The notes beneath the pieces were generated by a model that saw nothing but the letters and a program-made list of their open reading frames with translations, searched no databases and was not told the origin of the DNA. Source: Candidatus Latescibacterota bacterium (GTDB lineage: Bacteria; Latescibacterota; UBA2968; UBA8231). Taken from it: DNA of 64,000 nt. Location: positions 4,128,001 through 4,192,000 of the forward strand of contig OZ252098.1 of the NCBI GenBank assembly GCA_965248355.1, written 5' to 3'. Position 1 is the stretch's first letter. The number at the start of each line of letters is the position of its first letter. The translations under genes were made by a program, and so were the position numbers. Of this stretch, positions 11,273 to 21,132 are shown piece after piece.

Positions 11273-12396
11273 CCCGCGATCAGCTCCACGTTGGCCCGTG
11301 GGACCACGGCCCGCGAGCCGTCCTCGAACTCCACCTCCAGCACGCGCACCGAAGCGCCGGACTCCACCTGGCGAAGATCGGGGGTCAACTCCATCACCCG
11401 GCCGATGCGGCCGAAGTACGGGGCCCGGATGACGCGCAGCGCATCCCCCCGCGCCATGCCCTCTCCGCCGCCGGCCTCACCCTCTTCCGCGTCTCCAGGT
11501 CCCGACGGGCCCGACACGATGATCTCGGGACGCATCACCCCCGCCCGGATCTGGGTCGCCCCCGAGATCGAGGCCTGCCGGCCCTGGCAGTCCCGGAGGA
11601 TCTCGAAAGTCCGGCGGGCCATGGCGATCTCGCCGAACCCCTCGGTGACGACCACGGTCAGTCCGATGCTCTCGGTGCCGGTTATGGCCACGCCCAGGTC
11701 GTATCCCAGCAGCCGCCGCATGTCCCGGTCGCGAAGGCCGCCGCCGATCACGCCCGCCGCACCCACCTCCCGCGCGCGGTCGATCGTCTCGTAGGACAGC
11801 AGGCCCGTGGCCACCACGATCCGTCCCGAGCATTCAGCGCCGATCTGCTCCGGTGTCAGCGGCTCGCCGGGCCTCTCGGTGAGCAGGTGCAGGGGGCCGT
11901 AGCGCTCGCCGCCGACGCCGAAGATCCCCTGAACGAAGGCGCCGCGGGTCTCGACCACCACCCCTTCGCCCTCGAGGATCTCCACCACCTGACCGTCGAC
12001 GTAGGCCAGCACCTCCACCGGCAGGGGCGGCTCTCGCAGCAGGACCTGACCCGTCACCGGCGAGACGCTGTCCACGGTGCCCTCGATCGGCGACGGCACC
12101 GTGGTCTTGAACCACTTGATGAAGGGCCGCGTCTCCGCGATCGGCTCGCCCGCGCTCACCGGGTCGCCCTCGGCCTTGAGCATGTACCCGGGCAACTCCT
12201 CGGCCGTGATGCCCAGCCGGTTGACGACGTTCACCGTGGACACCCTGCCGGGCAGCTCGGTGCGGGCCACCACCTGCTCCCGCTCGACGACGTCGCCCAC
12301 GGCGGCCAGCACCTGGCCTTGAACCGGCAGCCGGCGGGTCCGCCGGAGAACGGTGTGGCGGGTGACGCGCAGGCCCGGGGTGTAGGCGTGGGCCAT
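11269..12396 (-). CDS. Soluble conserved protein with barrel-sandwich-hybrid-like repeats and a C-terminal KOW-like domain
   Basis: MAHAYTPGL start coupled to upstream stop; V.GD.V...Q/E.IA repeats, SPIEGTV, VTEGFG, VRVLEV...VPRANVE. Confidence 0.75.
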   Translation of the reverse strand: MAHAYTPGLRVTRHTVLRRTRRLPVQGQVLAAVGDVVEREQVVARTELPGRVSTVNVVNRLGITAEELPGYMLKAEGDPVSAGEPIAETRPFIKWFKTTVPSPIEGTVDSVSPVTGQVLLREPPLPVEVLAYVDGQVVEILEGEGVVVETRGAFVQGIFGVGGERYGPLHLLTERPGEPLTPEQIGAECSGRIVVATGLLSYETIDRAREVGAAGVIGGGLRDRDMRRLLGYDLGVAITGTESIGLTVVVTEGFGEIAMARRTFEILRDCQGRQASISGATQIRAGVMRPEIIVSGPSGPGDAEEGEAGGGEGMARGDALRVIRAPYFGRIGRVMELTPDLRQVESGASVRVLEVEFEDGSRAVVPRANVELIAG

Positions 12397-14264
12397 CAGT
12401 CCGTCTCCCCGTAGAGCTGGAGGGCCCGGCTCCATTCGTCGATTCGGGAGCGCCGCTCCCCGTCCTCCTCCGGCAGGCTCAGGGGCCGGCCCCGGCCGTC
12501 GAGGATCAGTCCGACGACGCCGCCCCGGACTCTGGCGCGATGTTCCTGTCCGGGGCCGGATCCCGCGTCCCGGCCGCGGCCCGGGGAGATCGTCATCTCC
12601 GCCTCCTCGTCCTCGGCCAGCGGCAGCAGGCTCAGCTCACCGCACCGCAGCTCGCCGCGGCTCTCTGCGTCCGCCGTGCGCAGCTCGTACGTGGAGCACA
12701 CCTCACCGGGCTTGCCGTCTCCCGAGGGGGCGACGCAGGTCCCCAGGTAGACGATGCAATCCCGCTCGAAGACGTCGGCGGCGGCCTGCTCGTCCACGGA
12801 GGCCAGCACGCCGAGGTGGGGCATCATGAAGATGCTGTCCACGGCGAGCTGGGTGACGCCCTCCGGCTGAAAGGCGTCGACGAGCATGGCGGCCGTCTGG
12901 GCCCGGCGAGGCGCGTGGGAGAGCACGCCTCCGCTGCCGACCAGCAGGTCGAGGACCATCATGTCCACCAGGCTGCCGCCGGTGGCCTCCTGATCGAAGA
13001 CATCGGACAGGGTGCGCTCGGTCTGCACTCCCTTCAGACCCACGGCCAGCTCGCGGTGCTGGAGGAGGGCCAGCCGCAAGGCCTCCCGGGCCACGGCGTG
13101 CTCGATCCGCAGCTCCTCGAGCATGTGGGGGATCGTCGTGGGGCGAATCATCTTGTTCTTGATGCGGTCGCGCAGGTCGGCCTCGTCGATCTCGAAGGGG
13201 ATCCAGCGCACGACGTTCTCCAGCGAGGCCTCGGCCAGGACGTTGGAGATGCTGTACGACATGCCGAGGTTGGCGCTCACGGTCCGGTTGAAGACGGGGC
13301 TCGAACCCTCCGTCGCCGAGGGGTCCGTCCCGGCTTCCGGGGGAGCGGGATCGGCCTGTCCGTCCCCGGCCGTGTGGAATACGCTGAAGACGTCCGTCGT
13401 GGCGCCGCCGATGTCGACGCCGAGCACGTCGATGCCCTTGCGCCGGGCGATGGCCTGCATGATCCGGCCCACCGCCGCCGGCGTGGGCATGATGGGCGCC
13501 GCCGTCCACGACATGAGCCTGGAGTACCCGGGCGCCTGGGCCATCACGTGCTCGAGGAACAGGTCGTGGATGACGTGCCGCGCCGGGCCCAGGTTCTCGC
13601 GCTCCAGGACGGGGCGCAGGTTCTCGGTCAGGTGCAGGGCGGTCCGCTCGCCGAGGACGCGTTTCACCTCGGGTCCCGCGTCCTGGTTGCCGGCGAAGAT
13701 CACGGGAAGCTCGAAGCCGGCGCCGAACCGGGGGCGGGGGTCGGCGGCGGCCACGTACTCCGCCAGCTCGACGACGTGGGACACGGTGCCGCCGTCGGTG
13801 CCGCCAGACAGCAGCACCATGTCGGGGCGCAGATGGCGGATGCGCTCGATCTTCTCGTGGGGCTGGCGGCCGTCGTTGGAGGCCAGCACGTCCATGACGA
13901 TGGCGCCGGCCCCGAGAGCGCAACGCTGGGCGCTTTCCCCGGTCATGGTCTGCACGACGCCGGCCACCATCATCTGCAGTCCGCCGCCGGCGCTCGAGGT
14001 GGAGATGTAGATGTCCACGCCGCGCCCGTCCGCCGCCGGCGTGATGATGCGCTCGCCGTCGAGGATCTGCCGCCCGGAGAGCTCCTCCACCTCCTGGATG
14101 GCGTTCAGCACGCCGCGGGTGACGTCCTCGAAGGGAGCCTCCACGGTGGTCGGGGCCTCGCCGCGGAAGGTCTGCCGGTAGCCCTCCGCCAGGCGCTCGA
14201 TGAGGATCGCCTTGGTGGTGGTGCTGCCGCAGTCGGTGGCGATGATGATCCCGGGCCTATCCAC
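12396..14264 (-). CDS. GlmL/MutL (glutamate mutase reactivase-like) ASKHA-fold ATPase
   Basis: DCGSTTTK and DIGGATTDVFS phosphate motifs, SSAGGGL, SGGTDGG, SGGVLSHAP. Confidence 0.85.
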   Translation of the reverse strand: MDRPGIIIATDCGSTTTKAILIERLAEGYRQTFRGEAPTTVEAPFEDVTRGVLNAIQEVEELSGRQILDGERIITPAADGRGVDIYISTSSAGGGLQMMVAGVVQTMTGESAQRCALGAGAIVMDVLASNDGRQPHEKIERIRHLRPDMVLLSGGTDGGTVSHVVELAEYVAAADPRPRFGAGFELPVIFAGNQDAGPEVKRVLGERTALHLTENLRPVLERENLGPARHVIHDLFLEHVMAQAPGYSRLMSWTAAPIMPTPAAVGRIMQAIARRKGIDVLGVDIGGATTDVFSVFHTAGDGQADPAPPEAGTDPSATEGSSPVFNRTVSANLGMSYSISNVLAEASLENVVRWIPFEIDEADLRDRIKNKMIRPTTIPHMLEELRIEHAVAREALRLALLQHRELAVGLKGVQTERTLSDVFDQEATGGSLVDMMVLDLLVGSGGVLSHAPRRAQTAAMLVDAFQPEGVTQLAVDSIFMMPHLGVLASVDEQAAADVFERDCIVYLGTCVAPSGDGKPGEVCSTYELRTADAESRGELRCGELSLLPLAEDEEAEMTISPGRGRDAGSGPGQEHRARVRGGVVGLILDGRGRPLSLPEEDGERRSRIDEWSRALQLYGETD

Positions 14265-14589
14265 GGTCGCGGTTTTCCCGTTCGGTGATGGCCTCGATGA
14301 TCCAGTCGACGCTGCGGCGCCTCTCCAGCAATCCCTGCAGGCTGTCGTACTCCGCCGGGGAGAAGGCGATTTTGAGCATGGGACCGGCGAAGGCCAGCAG
14401 CTGGCTCCCCATGAAGCTCAGGGGCCGGGTGCTCTCCAGAGCCATCAGGGCCGGCGCCGTCATGCGGCGGCGCACGACGAGACGGGCGACGCGGTCTACG
14501 AGGGCTTGCTCCTCCTCGGAGAGGGGATCCCCGGAGTCCAGGGCAAAGGCGTAGCCCCAGCCGCGGCGCAGCCGCTCAAGCCGGGACAC
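14257..14589 (-). CDS. Small conserved hypothetical protein
   Basis: Overlaps both neighbours; LESTRPLSFMGSQ motif. Confidence 0.65.
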   Translation of the reverse strand: MSRLERLRRGWGYAFALDSGDPLSEEEQALVDRVARLVVRRRMTAPALMALESTRPLSFMGSQLLAFAGPMLKIAFSPAEYDSLQGLLERRRSVDWIIEAITERENRDRG

Positions 14590-14983
14590 GAGCCCGTGCC
14601 AGGGCGACGACCGCGTCGGCGTCGACGCCGGGGCCGAAGCGCAGGTAGACCCCCCGGAAGGAGTCGAGCCGGCTCGGCCGCCGAAAGGGACTCAGAAAGA
14701 TGCCGTCGGCGTGGCGGTCGATGCGGCGGAAGGCCGACCAGGACCTGCGACGCCAGGTCAGATGGCGCCAAGCCGCCTCCCGGTCGTCGAGGACGTACCG
14801 GGTGGGCAGCAGGTAGCGGGCGGTGGAGCCCGCGAGCACGACCAGGGAAATCAGTCCGTAGACGGCGCCGCCAAAGCCGGAGGCCGCCAACGCCGAGAGT
14901 CCGACGATCACCGCGCCCAGGGCCGCCGACTTCCAGGCGGGCTCCTCGCGGAGCGGGTGGGCCGTCCAGGCGAGAGAAGGCAT
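14576..14983 (-). CDS. Hypothetical 2-TM protein with PH-like C-terminal domain
   Basis: W..HP start, two TM helices, LSPF..PSRLDSFRG. Confidence 0.65.
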   Translation of the reverse strand: MPSLAWTAHPLREEPAWKSAALGAVIVGLSALAASGFGGAVYGLISLVVLAGSTARYLLPTRYVLDDREAAWRHLTWRRRSWSAFRRIDRHADGIFLSPFRRPSRLDSFRGVYLRFGPGVDADAVVALARARVPA

Positions 14984-15050
14984 CTGCCGAAATATAGATC
15001 CACCCGGCGGCCGGCAGCGAATCCGGAGGCCGCGCGGTCTCCGTCCTGGC

Positions 15051-16328
15051 TCAGAGGAGGAAGGCGGGTACGGACTCGTTCGCGGTCACCTGGTCCAGCG
15101 TCTGGCGCTTCCGCAGCAGGTGGAAGCCGCCATCCGTGCCCAGCAACACCTCCGGCGCCTCTGGGAAGGAGTTGTAGTTCTTGGCGGACATGGCCGAGCA
15201 GTAGGCTCCGGCGCCCCCGATGACGATGGCGTCGCCCACGCGCGCCTCGGTGAGGGTGCGCACCTCCAGCGTCTCCGGGTCGCCCGGGGCCGGGGTCAGG
15301 ACGTCGCCGCTCTCGCAGCAGTGACCGACGACGAGGTACTCCCGCAAGGGAGGGCTGCCGCCGTCCCGCGGCACCACGGTGACGGGATGCTGAGCGCCGT
15401 ACATGCTCGGACGCAGGATCTCCGTCATCCCCGTGTCGGTCTTGAGGAAGGAGTAGCCTTCCTTGCCGGTGTCCACCACGTCGATGACGCTGGCCACCAC
15501 GGCGCCGGCGTTGCCCACCAGGAAGGTGCCGGGTTCGATCTCCAGGCGCAGTCGGCGCCCATCACCGGCGAAGCGGCGCAACTCGTCGACGATCGGTCCC
15601 GCGGCGTGGAGCAGGTCGGTGGACGACTCGACGCTCATCCGCCCGATCTTGTAGCCCCCGCCCAGGTTGACGTCGGTGACGTCGGGGAGGTGCCGGGCGA
15701 GGTTCAGGGTCAGGCGCGCGCAGTGCTGCCACACCTCCGGATCGCTGCCCGAGCCGATGTGGGTGTGCAAGAGGGTGATGCGCAGGTCGCGGGCGCGGGC
15801 AGCCTCGAGGACCCGTTCCAGATGCGTGTGCCAGATCCCGAAGCTGGCGGAGGGACCGCCGACGTTGGTGCGATTGGAGTGGCCCGAGCCGAGTCCCGGG
15901 TTGAAGCGGACGCCCACCTCCTTACCCGGGAAACGCTCGCCGTAGGCCGTGAGCTGGCCGAGGGAGCAGGCGTTGAAGCGGACCCCCAGGCCGACCAGAT
16001 CCTCGAGGTCGTTGGGCTGCTGCTGGGCGGTGAGCAGGATGTGCCCCGGGGGCACGCCGGCGGACAGGGCCCGTCTCGCCTCCCAGCCGGAGCTGGCGTC
16101 GATCTGCAGTCCCGCCCGCGTCAGCACGCGCAGCACTCCTGCCGACGGGCAGGCCTTCATGGCGTAGCGAACGGTCAGACCGAAGGGGGCGGGCAGCTGG
16201 AGGGCCCGTTGCGCCTGGGCTTCCAGCGTCGCCTGGTCGTACACGTAGAGCGGCGTGCCGAAGCGCTCCTGCAGGGTTCGAGTCTGCTCCTCGGTGAGGA
16301 AGCGGAGGGGCTCGGGGGAAGTCGCCAT
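15051..16328 (-). CDS. lysA: Diaminopimelate decarboxylase
   Basis: FGTPLYVYD, YAMKA (PLP Lys), HIGS, NLGGG, EPG, CESGD, GAYC; ATG at 16328 with AGGA RBS. Confidence 0.93.
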   Translation of the reverse strand: MATSPEPLRFLTEEQTRTLQERFGTPLYVYDQATLEAQAQRALQLPAPFGLTVRYAMKACPSAGVLRVLTRAGLQIDASSGWEARRALSAGVPPGHILLTAQQQPNDLEDLVGLGVRFNACSLGQLTAYGERFPGKEVGVRFNPGLGSGHSNRTNVGGPSASFGIWHTHLERVLEAARARDLRITLLHTHIGSGSDPEVWQHCARLTLNLARHLPDVTDVNLGGGYKIGRMSVESSTDLLHAAGPIVDELRRFAGDGRRLRLEIEPGTFLVGNAGAVVASVIDVVDTGKEGYSFLKTDTGMTEILRPSMYGAQHPVTVVPRDGGSPPLREYLVVGHCCESGDVLTPAPGDPETLEVRTLTEARVGDAIVIGGAGAYCSAMSAKNYNSFPEAPEVLLGTDGGFHLLRKRQTLDQVTANESVPAFLL

Positions 16329-16383
16329 GGATGTTCCTATGTTGCTATTTTTACTGGTAGTTGGTAGGTTCTGGGGCAGGTGG

Positions 16384-16412
16384 ATTATCGGCTCCGTTTC
16401 GCACTTCGTCAA
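16384..16412 (-). promoter_or_regulatory. Putative sigma70 promoter of lysA
   Basis: TTGACG-17 nt-GATAAT on the minus strand. Confidence 0.6.
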
Positions 16413-16528
16413 GCCGTGGATCGATCACTCGATCGGCGGTGGCTCCCGCTCCACGCGGTGGACATTCCGCCGGACGGAGAGACATCTTCACAAGGTCGGG
16501 GAGCACGACCGCCTGGCGCTGCTCCTCG

Positions 16529-16557
16529 TTGATCGCGTCATGAGCGGTGGTTATATT
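16529..16557 (+). promoter_or_regulatory. Putative sigma70 promoter of the tadA-tRNA operon
   Basis: TTGATC-17 nt-TATATT. Confidence 0.55.
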
Positions 16558-17032
16558 GCGAACCCGGGGCAGGTCGACGCCTTCTGGATGTCGCGGGCCC
16601 TCGATCGGGCGCGCTTGGCCGCCGCATCGGGCGAGGTTCCGGTCGGCGCTCTCGTCGTACGCGACGGCGCGATCCTGGGCGCCGGCAGCAACGCGACCGA
16701 GCGGTATCAGGATCCGACGGCGCACGCGGAGATGATCGCCATTCGGCAGGCGGCCGAGGCGATCGGGTCGCGCCGGTTCCAGCACACGGCGTTGTACGTG
16801 ACTCTTGAGCCGTGCGCCATGTGCGCCGGAGCGATCGTCCTGGCACGGATTCCGCGCATCCTGTTCGGGGCCTACGATCCCAAGGCCGGCGCCTGCGGAA
16901 CGTTGCGCAACGTGGTCCGGGATCCGCGGCTCAACCATACCTGCCAGGTCGTCGGCGGAGTGATGGAGAGCGAGTGTGCCGGTCTGCTGCGTGAGTTCTT
17001 CTCCGACCTGAGGTCGGAACGATCAGCGGTGC

Positions 17033-17123
<91 letters not shown>

Positions 17124-17124
17124 C

Positions 17125-17217
17125 GGAGAGATGACCGAGTGGTCGAAGGTGCACGACTGGAAATCGTGTGTGGCGTTTATAGCGTCACCGAGGGTTCGAA
17201 TCCCTCTCTCTCCGCCA
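17125..17217 (+). tRNA. tRNA-Ser(GGA)
   Basis: GGAGAGA/TCTCTCC stem, CT-GGA-AA loop, long variable arm, CCA; 1-nt spacer from the previous tRNA. Confidence 0.95.
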
Positions 17218-17232
17218 GTTCAAGAATCCGGT

Positions 17233-17308
<76 letters not shown>

Positions 17309-17361
17309 TTTTCCTCGATGGGGCCGCCCGGGGCAGATCTCTCGGGCTGGCTCCCGCAGCA

Positions 17362-17636
17362 GCAGGCCGTGCTAGATGGGGAGTTAGCGGTGCCCTGCAC
17401 CCGCAATCCGCTCTAGCGGGATCGAATCCCCGTCCGAGGTCCACAAGTCGTCTGCCGGCCGGAAACCGGAGGGCGTCGAGAGCCGGATTCCGCGCAACGC
17501 GAGGCTTCCGAACCCCGTCAGGACCGGAAGGTAGCAGCGGTAAGAGGCTGACGCGTGTGCCGCGGAGGTCTCTGGCTGGAGCCCGGCGGTCACGGGCGGT
17601 TGGCGGCGCGGGATCGAAGACGGGTGCACGGTCTGC
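17362..17636 (+). ncRNA. ffs: Large bacterial SRP RNA with Alu domain
   Basis: Helix 8 TCAGGACCGGAAGGTAGCAGC at ~17518; 5' GCAGGCCGTGC pairs with 3' GCACGGTCTGC; 5' GGGGAGTTAGCGGTGCCCTG Alu motif; directly upstream of dnaX. Confidence 0.88.
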
Positions 17637-17715
17637 GTTCTTCCCGCGGGCTGGCTGCGGGCGCAGCGAGCCCCTTGTCGCCGTGGAGCCCGGCCGCCTC
17701 GTTTCCGATCGGTCC

Positions 17716-19425
17716 ATGTCTTTTCAGGTCACAGCCCGCAAGTGGCGCCCCCAGCGGTTCTCCGAAGTCGTCGGCCAGGAGCATATCACGGCCACGCTGA
17801 CGAACGCGTTGGCCAGTGACCGGGTGGCCCAGTGCTATCTGTTCTGCGGACCCCGCGGCGTCGGCAAGACGACGACGGCGCGCATCCTGGCCAAGGCCCT
17901 CAACTGCGCCGGGCGCGGCGGTGAGATCGATCCCTGCGGCGAGTGCCCGTCCTGCCGGTCGATCACCGACGGCACGAGCATGGACGTTCTGGAGATCGAC
18001 GGCGCTTCGAACAACAGCGTCGATGACGTGCGGGAGTTGCGCGAGGTGGTGCGCTACATCCCCACCCAAGGCGCCCACAAGATCTACATCATCGACGAAG
18101 TCCACATGCTTTCCAGGCCGGCCTTCAACGCCCTCCTGAAGACCCTCGAGGAGCCGCCCGAACGGGTGGTCTTCGTCTTCGCCACCACCGAGGTCCAGGA
18201 GGTACCGGAGACGATCCTGTCCCGCTGCCAGCGGTTCAACTTCCGGCGCATCTCCACCTCCACGATCGCCGGGCACCTGGAGAAGATCACCGTCGCCGAG
18301 GGGATCGAGGCCGACCGGGAGGCCCTCTACCTGTTGGCCCACCGGGCCGACGGTGCCCTCAGGGACGCCGAGAGCCTCCTCGATCAGGTCGTTTCCTTCG
18401 GAGGCCGGGTGACCACCGAGCACGTCCGGGAGGTCCTGGGTCTGGTCGACCGGGGGGTGTTCTTCGAGGCCACCTCGGCCATTGCCGCCGGCGACGGGGG
18501 CCGGCTGCTCGACCTCGTGGGGCGGGTCCTCGAGGAGGGCGGAGACCTCGAGGAGTTCGTCCGCGGGCTGGTGGAGCACGCCTCGCAACTGCTGTTTGCC
18601 AAGGTGCAGGGATCCGCCGCCAAGCTCGAGGTCAGCGAGGAGGAGCGCCGACGCTGCGAGGAGGCCGTCGGTCCGATGGCCGAGGAGGATCTGCTGCGCA
18701 TCGTGCAGACCCTGATGGAGCTCGAGGTGGAGGTGCGCAAGTCGCTGCAGCCGAGGTTCCGCACCGAGCTGGCCCTCGTCCGCCTGGCCGGCATGGGCCG
18801 GGCCGTGGACCTGGGGCGGCTCCTTGGCCGCCTGTCCGCCCTGGAGGCCGCCGTCGTCAATGGTGGCGGGACCCCGGCTGCCTCCGAACCGCGGCGGAGG
18901 CCGCCGCCGCAGGTACCGGCGCCCGATCCGGGGCCGCCTGCTGTCCCGTCTCCCGGCCCGCAGGAGGATCCGGAACCGGCACCCGGACCCGGGGGCTCGG
19001 AGCCCGCCGGGGTGGCCTCTCCGGCCGAGGCCTCCTCCCAGGCCGAGGACCAGGATACGATCCAGGAGTTGTGGGCCCGCGTCACCGACCACCTCCGGGA
19101 GGACCAACCGGCGACGGCGGGTTTCCTCGGGGACGTCACCCGCCTGGAGTTGAAGGGCGCGGTCCTCACCCTGTTCTTCGACGGGGCCAGCCGCTTCGCC
19201 ATGGACCAGGTGGGCAGGGCCGGGGGCGCCATAGCCGAGGCCCTGGCCCGTCTCGGCGGCCCTCAAGTGCGCCTCCGCTGCAGCGTCGACGACCGCGGCG
19301 ACGGCGGGGCTCCGGCCGCGAATCCGCCATCGTCTGCCTCCGGCCCGGCGCGGCCCTCCCCCGAGGCGAGCCTCGACCCGAAGGTGCGGACCGTCCTCGA
19401 AGCCATCGACGGGGAGCTCGTGTAA
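17716..19425 (+). CDS. dnaX: DNA polymerase III subunit gamma/tau
   Basis: ARKWRPQ, GPRGVGKT, IIDEVHML, NALLKTLEEPP, SRC. Confidence 0.96.
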   Translation: MSFQVTARKWRPQRFSEVVGQEHITATLTNALASDRVAQCYLFCGPRGVGKTTTARILAKALNCAGRGGEIDPCGECPSCRSITDGTSMDVLEIDGASNNSVDDVRELREVVRYIPTQGAHKIYIIDEVHMLSRPAFNALLKTLEEPPERVVFVFATTEVQEVPETILSRCQRFNFRRISTSTIAGHLEKITVAEGIEADREALYLLAHRADGALRDAESLLDQVVSFGGRVTTEHVREVLGLVDRGVFFEATSAIAAGDGGRLLDLVGRVLEEGGDLEEFVRGLVEHASQLLFAKVQGSAAKLEVSEEERRRCEEAVGPMAEEDLLRIVQTLMELEVEVRKSLQPRFRTELALVRLAGMGRAVDLGRLLGRLSALEAAVVNGGGTPAASEPRRRPPPQVPAPDPGPPAVPSPGPQEDPEPAPGPGGSEPAGVASPAEASSQAEDQDTIQELWARVTDHLREDQPATAGFLGDVTRLELKGAVLTLFFDGASRFAMDQVGRAGGAIAEALARLGGPQVRLRCSVDDRGDGGAPAANPPSSASGPARPSPEASLDPKVRTVLEAIDGELV

Positions 19426-19428
19426 GCC

Positions 19429-20025
19429 ATGGGCCCGCAGGCACTCGAGGATCTGGTGACCGCCCTGGCGCGGCTGCCCGGGATCGGCCGGAAGACGGCC
19501 CAGAGGCTCGCCCTCTACATGCTGAAGTCCCCTCCGGAGGAGGCCGCCGCCCTGGCCGATGCGATCCACGGGGCCCGTGAGCGGATCGGGCACTGCACCC
19601 TGTGCTACAACCTGACGGAGAGCGACCAGCCTCTGTGCCGTGTCTGCCGGGACGAGCGTCGGGACCGCCAAGTGATCTGCGTCGTCGAAGAGGCCAGCGA
19701 CGCCCTGGCCCTGGAGCGTAGCGAGCTGATGCAGGGCACCTATCACGTATTGGGGGGCGCCCTGTCGCCTCTCGATGGCATCGGGCCGGACGATCTGCGC
19801 ATCTCGGAGCTTCTCGAGCGGGTGCGCCGCGACGGCGTGCGCGAGGTGATCCTGGCGCACAACGCCAGCGCCGAGGGCGAGGCCACCGCCGAGTACATCC
19901 ACCAGCGGCTGGATTCCCTGACCCGAGTCACCCGCCTGGCCCGCGGCCTGCCCGCCGGTTCCGATCTCGACCTCGCGGATCGAACCACTCTCGCTCACGC
20001 CCTGCAGGGACGCACGACCTTCTGA
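19429..20025 (+). CDS. recR: Recombination mediator RecR
   Basis: LPGIGRKTAQR, C4 zinc finger, YHVLGG, EGEATA. Confidence 0.96.
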   Translation: MGPQALEDLVTALARLPGIGRKTAQRLALYMLKSPPEEAAALADAIHGARERIGHCTLCYNLTESDQPLCRVCRDERRDRQVICVVEEASDALALERSELMQGTYHVLGGALSPLDGIGPDDLRISELLERVRRDGVREVILAHNASAEGEATAEYIHQRLDSLTRVTRLARGLPAGSDLDLADRTTLAHALQGRTTF

Positions 20026-20621
20026 TGGCCGCCCAAAAGGCAAACCCGACCCGCGGCATCCTCAACCTGCCCAACCTGTTGACGATCTCCCGGATCTTCG
20101 CCACTCCTCTCTTTCTGGCCATGCTCTTCACCGACACTTGGTACTGGCGTTCGACCGCCGTCTTCGTCTTCGCCGCGGCGTCCCTCACCGATCTCTACGA
20201 TGGGCGTCTGGCCCGGGCCCGGAACTCGGTCACCGAATTCGGCCGCTTCATGGATCCCCTGGCCGACAAGATCCTGGTGACCTCCGCCCTGATCGCCTTC
20301 GTCCTCGGCCGCATCGTCCATGCCTGGATCGTGGTGCCCATCGTGGTGCGCGACGTGGTGATCACGGCCCTCCGTCTCTACGGCCTGCGCCAGGGCCGGA
20401 TGATGGAGACCTCCCTCCTCGCCAAATGGAAGACCATGGCCCAGCTGGTCACGGTCGTCCTCATCCTGGCCCTCATCGGACTTCAGGAGTTGGCCAGCCA
20501 GTTCCAGTGGAGCGGAGTGCTGGCCCACGGGGACTGGATCCAGCTTCTGACCAACGGCCTGATGGCCGGCGTCCTCCTTCTTACCCTGCTCTCCGGTTTT
20601 CACTATTTTCTGCGGACCTGA
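20025..20621 (+). CDS. pgsA: CDP-diacylglycerol-glycerol-3-phosphate 3-phosphatidyltransferase
   Basis: NLPNLLT, TDLYDGRLAR...FGRFMDPLADK. Confidence 0.93.
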   Translation: MAAQKANPTRGILNLPNLLTISRIFATPLFLAMLFTDTWYWRSTAVFVFAAASLTDLYDGRLARARNSVTEFGRFMDPLADKILVTSALIAFVLGRIVHAWIVVPIVVRDVVITALRLYGLRQGRMMETSLLAKWKTMAQLVTVVLILALIGLQELASQFQWSGVLAHGDWIQLLTNGLMAGVLLLTLLSGFHYFLRT

Positions 20622-20640
20622 CAGCGGGTCCCCGGATCGC

Positions 20641-21111
20641 ACTTCCCGGCGCGCGGTCGATCTCTTCCGCGCCGCCATCGCCACGGTCCTGTTCTCCGGC
20701 CGGTCGCCGGTCGCCCCCGGCACCGCGGGTACGGCGGTGGCCGCGGTGGCCTACCTGGCCCTGTGCGATTCCCTGACCACCGGCGCGTGGGTCGTCCTGC
20801 TGATCACCGCCACGGCCGTGGCCGTGATCAGCGCCGGCGCCGAGGCCAGGGCCCGGAACCAGGAGGATCCGGGACCGGTGGTGATCGACGAAGCCGCGGG
20901 ATATCTGTTCGCGGTGGCCTTTCTCCCCCATGGTCCGGTGACCGCCATCGCCGGTTTCCTGGTGTTCCGGGCTCTCGACATCCTCAAGCCGCCGCCGGTG
21001 CGACAGCTGGAGCGCCTTCCCGGGGGATGGGGGATCGTCCTCGACGACGTTGCCGCCGGCCTTCTCAGCCACTTGGTGCTTCGGGCGGGCTGGGCCCTGG
21101 CCGGGCGCTGA
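20641..21111 (+). CDS. pgpA: Phosphatidylglycerophosphatase A (start unresolved)
   Basis: SPVAPGTAGT upstream of the first GTG; DPGPVVIDE, FRALDILKP, GIVLDDVAAG. Confidence 0.85.
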   Translation, partial: TSRRAVDLFRAAIATVLFSGRSPVAPGTAGTAVAAVAYLALCDSLTTGAWVVLLITATAVAVISAGAEARARNQEDPGPVVIDEAAGYLFAVAFLPHGPVTAIAGFLVFRALDILKPPPVRQLERLPGGWGIVLDDVAAGLLSHLVLRAGWALAGR

Positions 21112-21132
21112 GAAACCCGAGGGGAGCAAGAC

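Noticed and set aside
16329..16420. Lysine riboswitch upstream of lysA (and SAM riboswitch upstream of metK)
   Set aside because: Leaders are too short (about 50 nt and 34 nt) and lack the aptamer motifs
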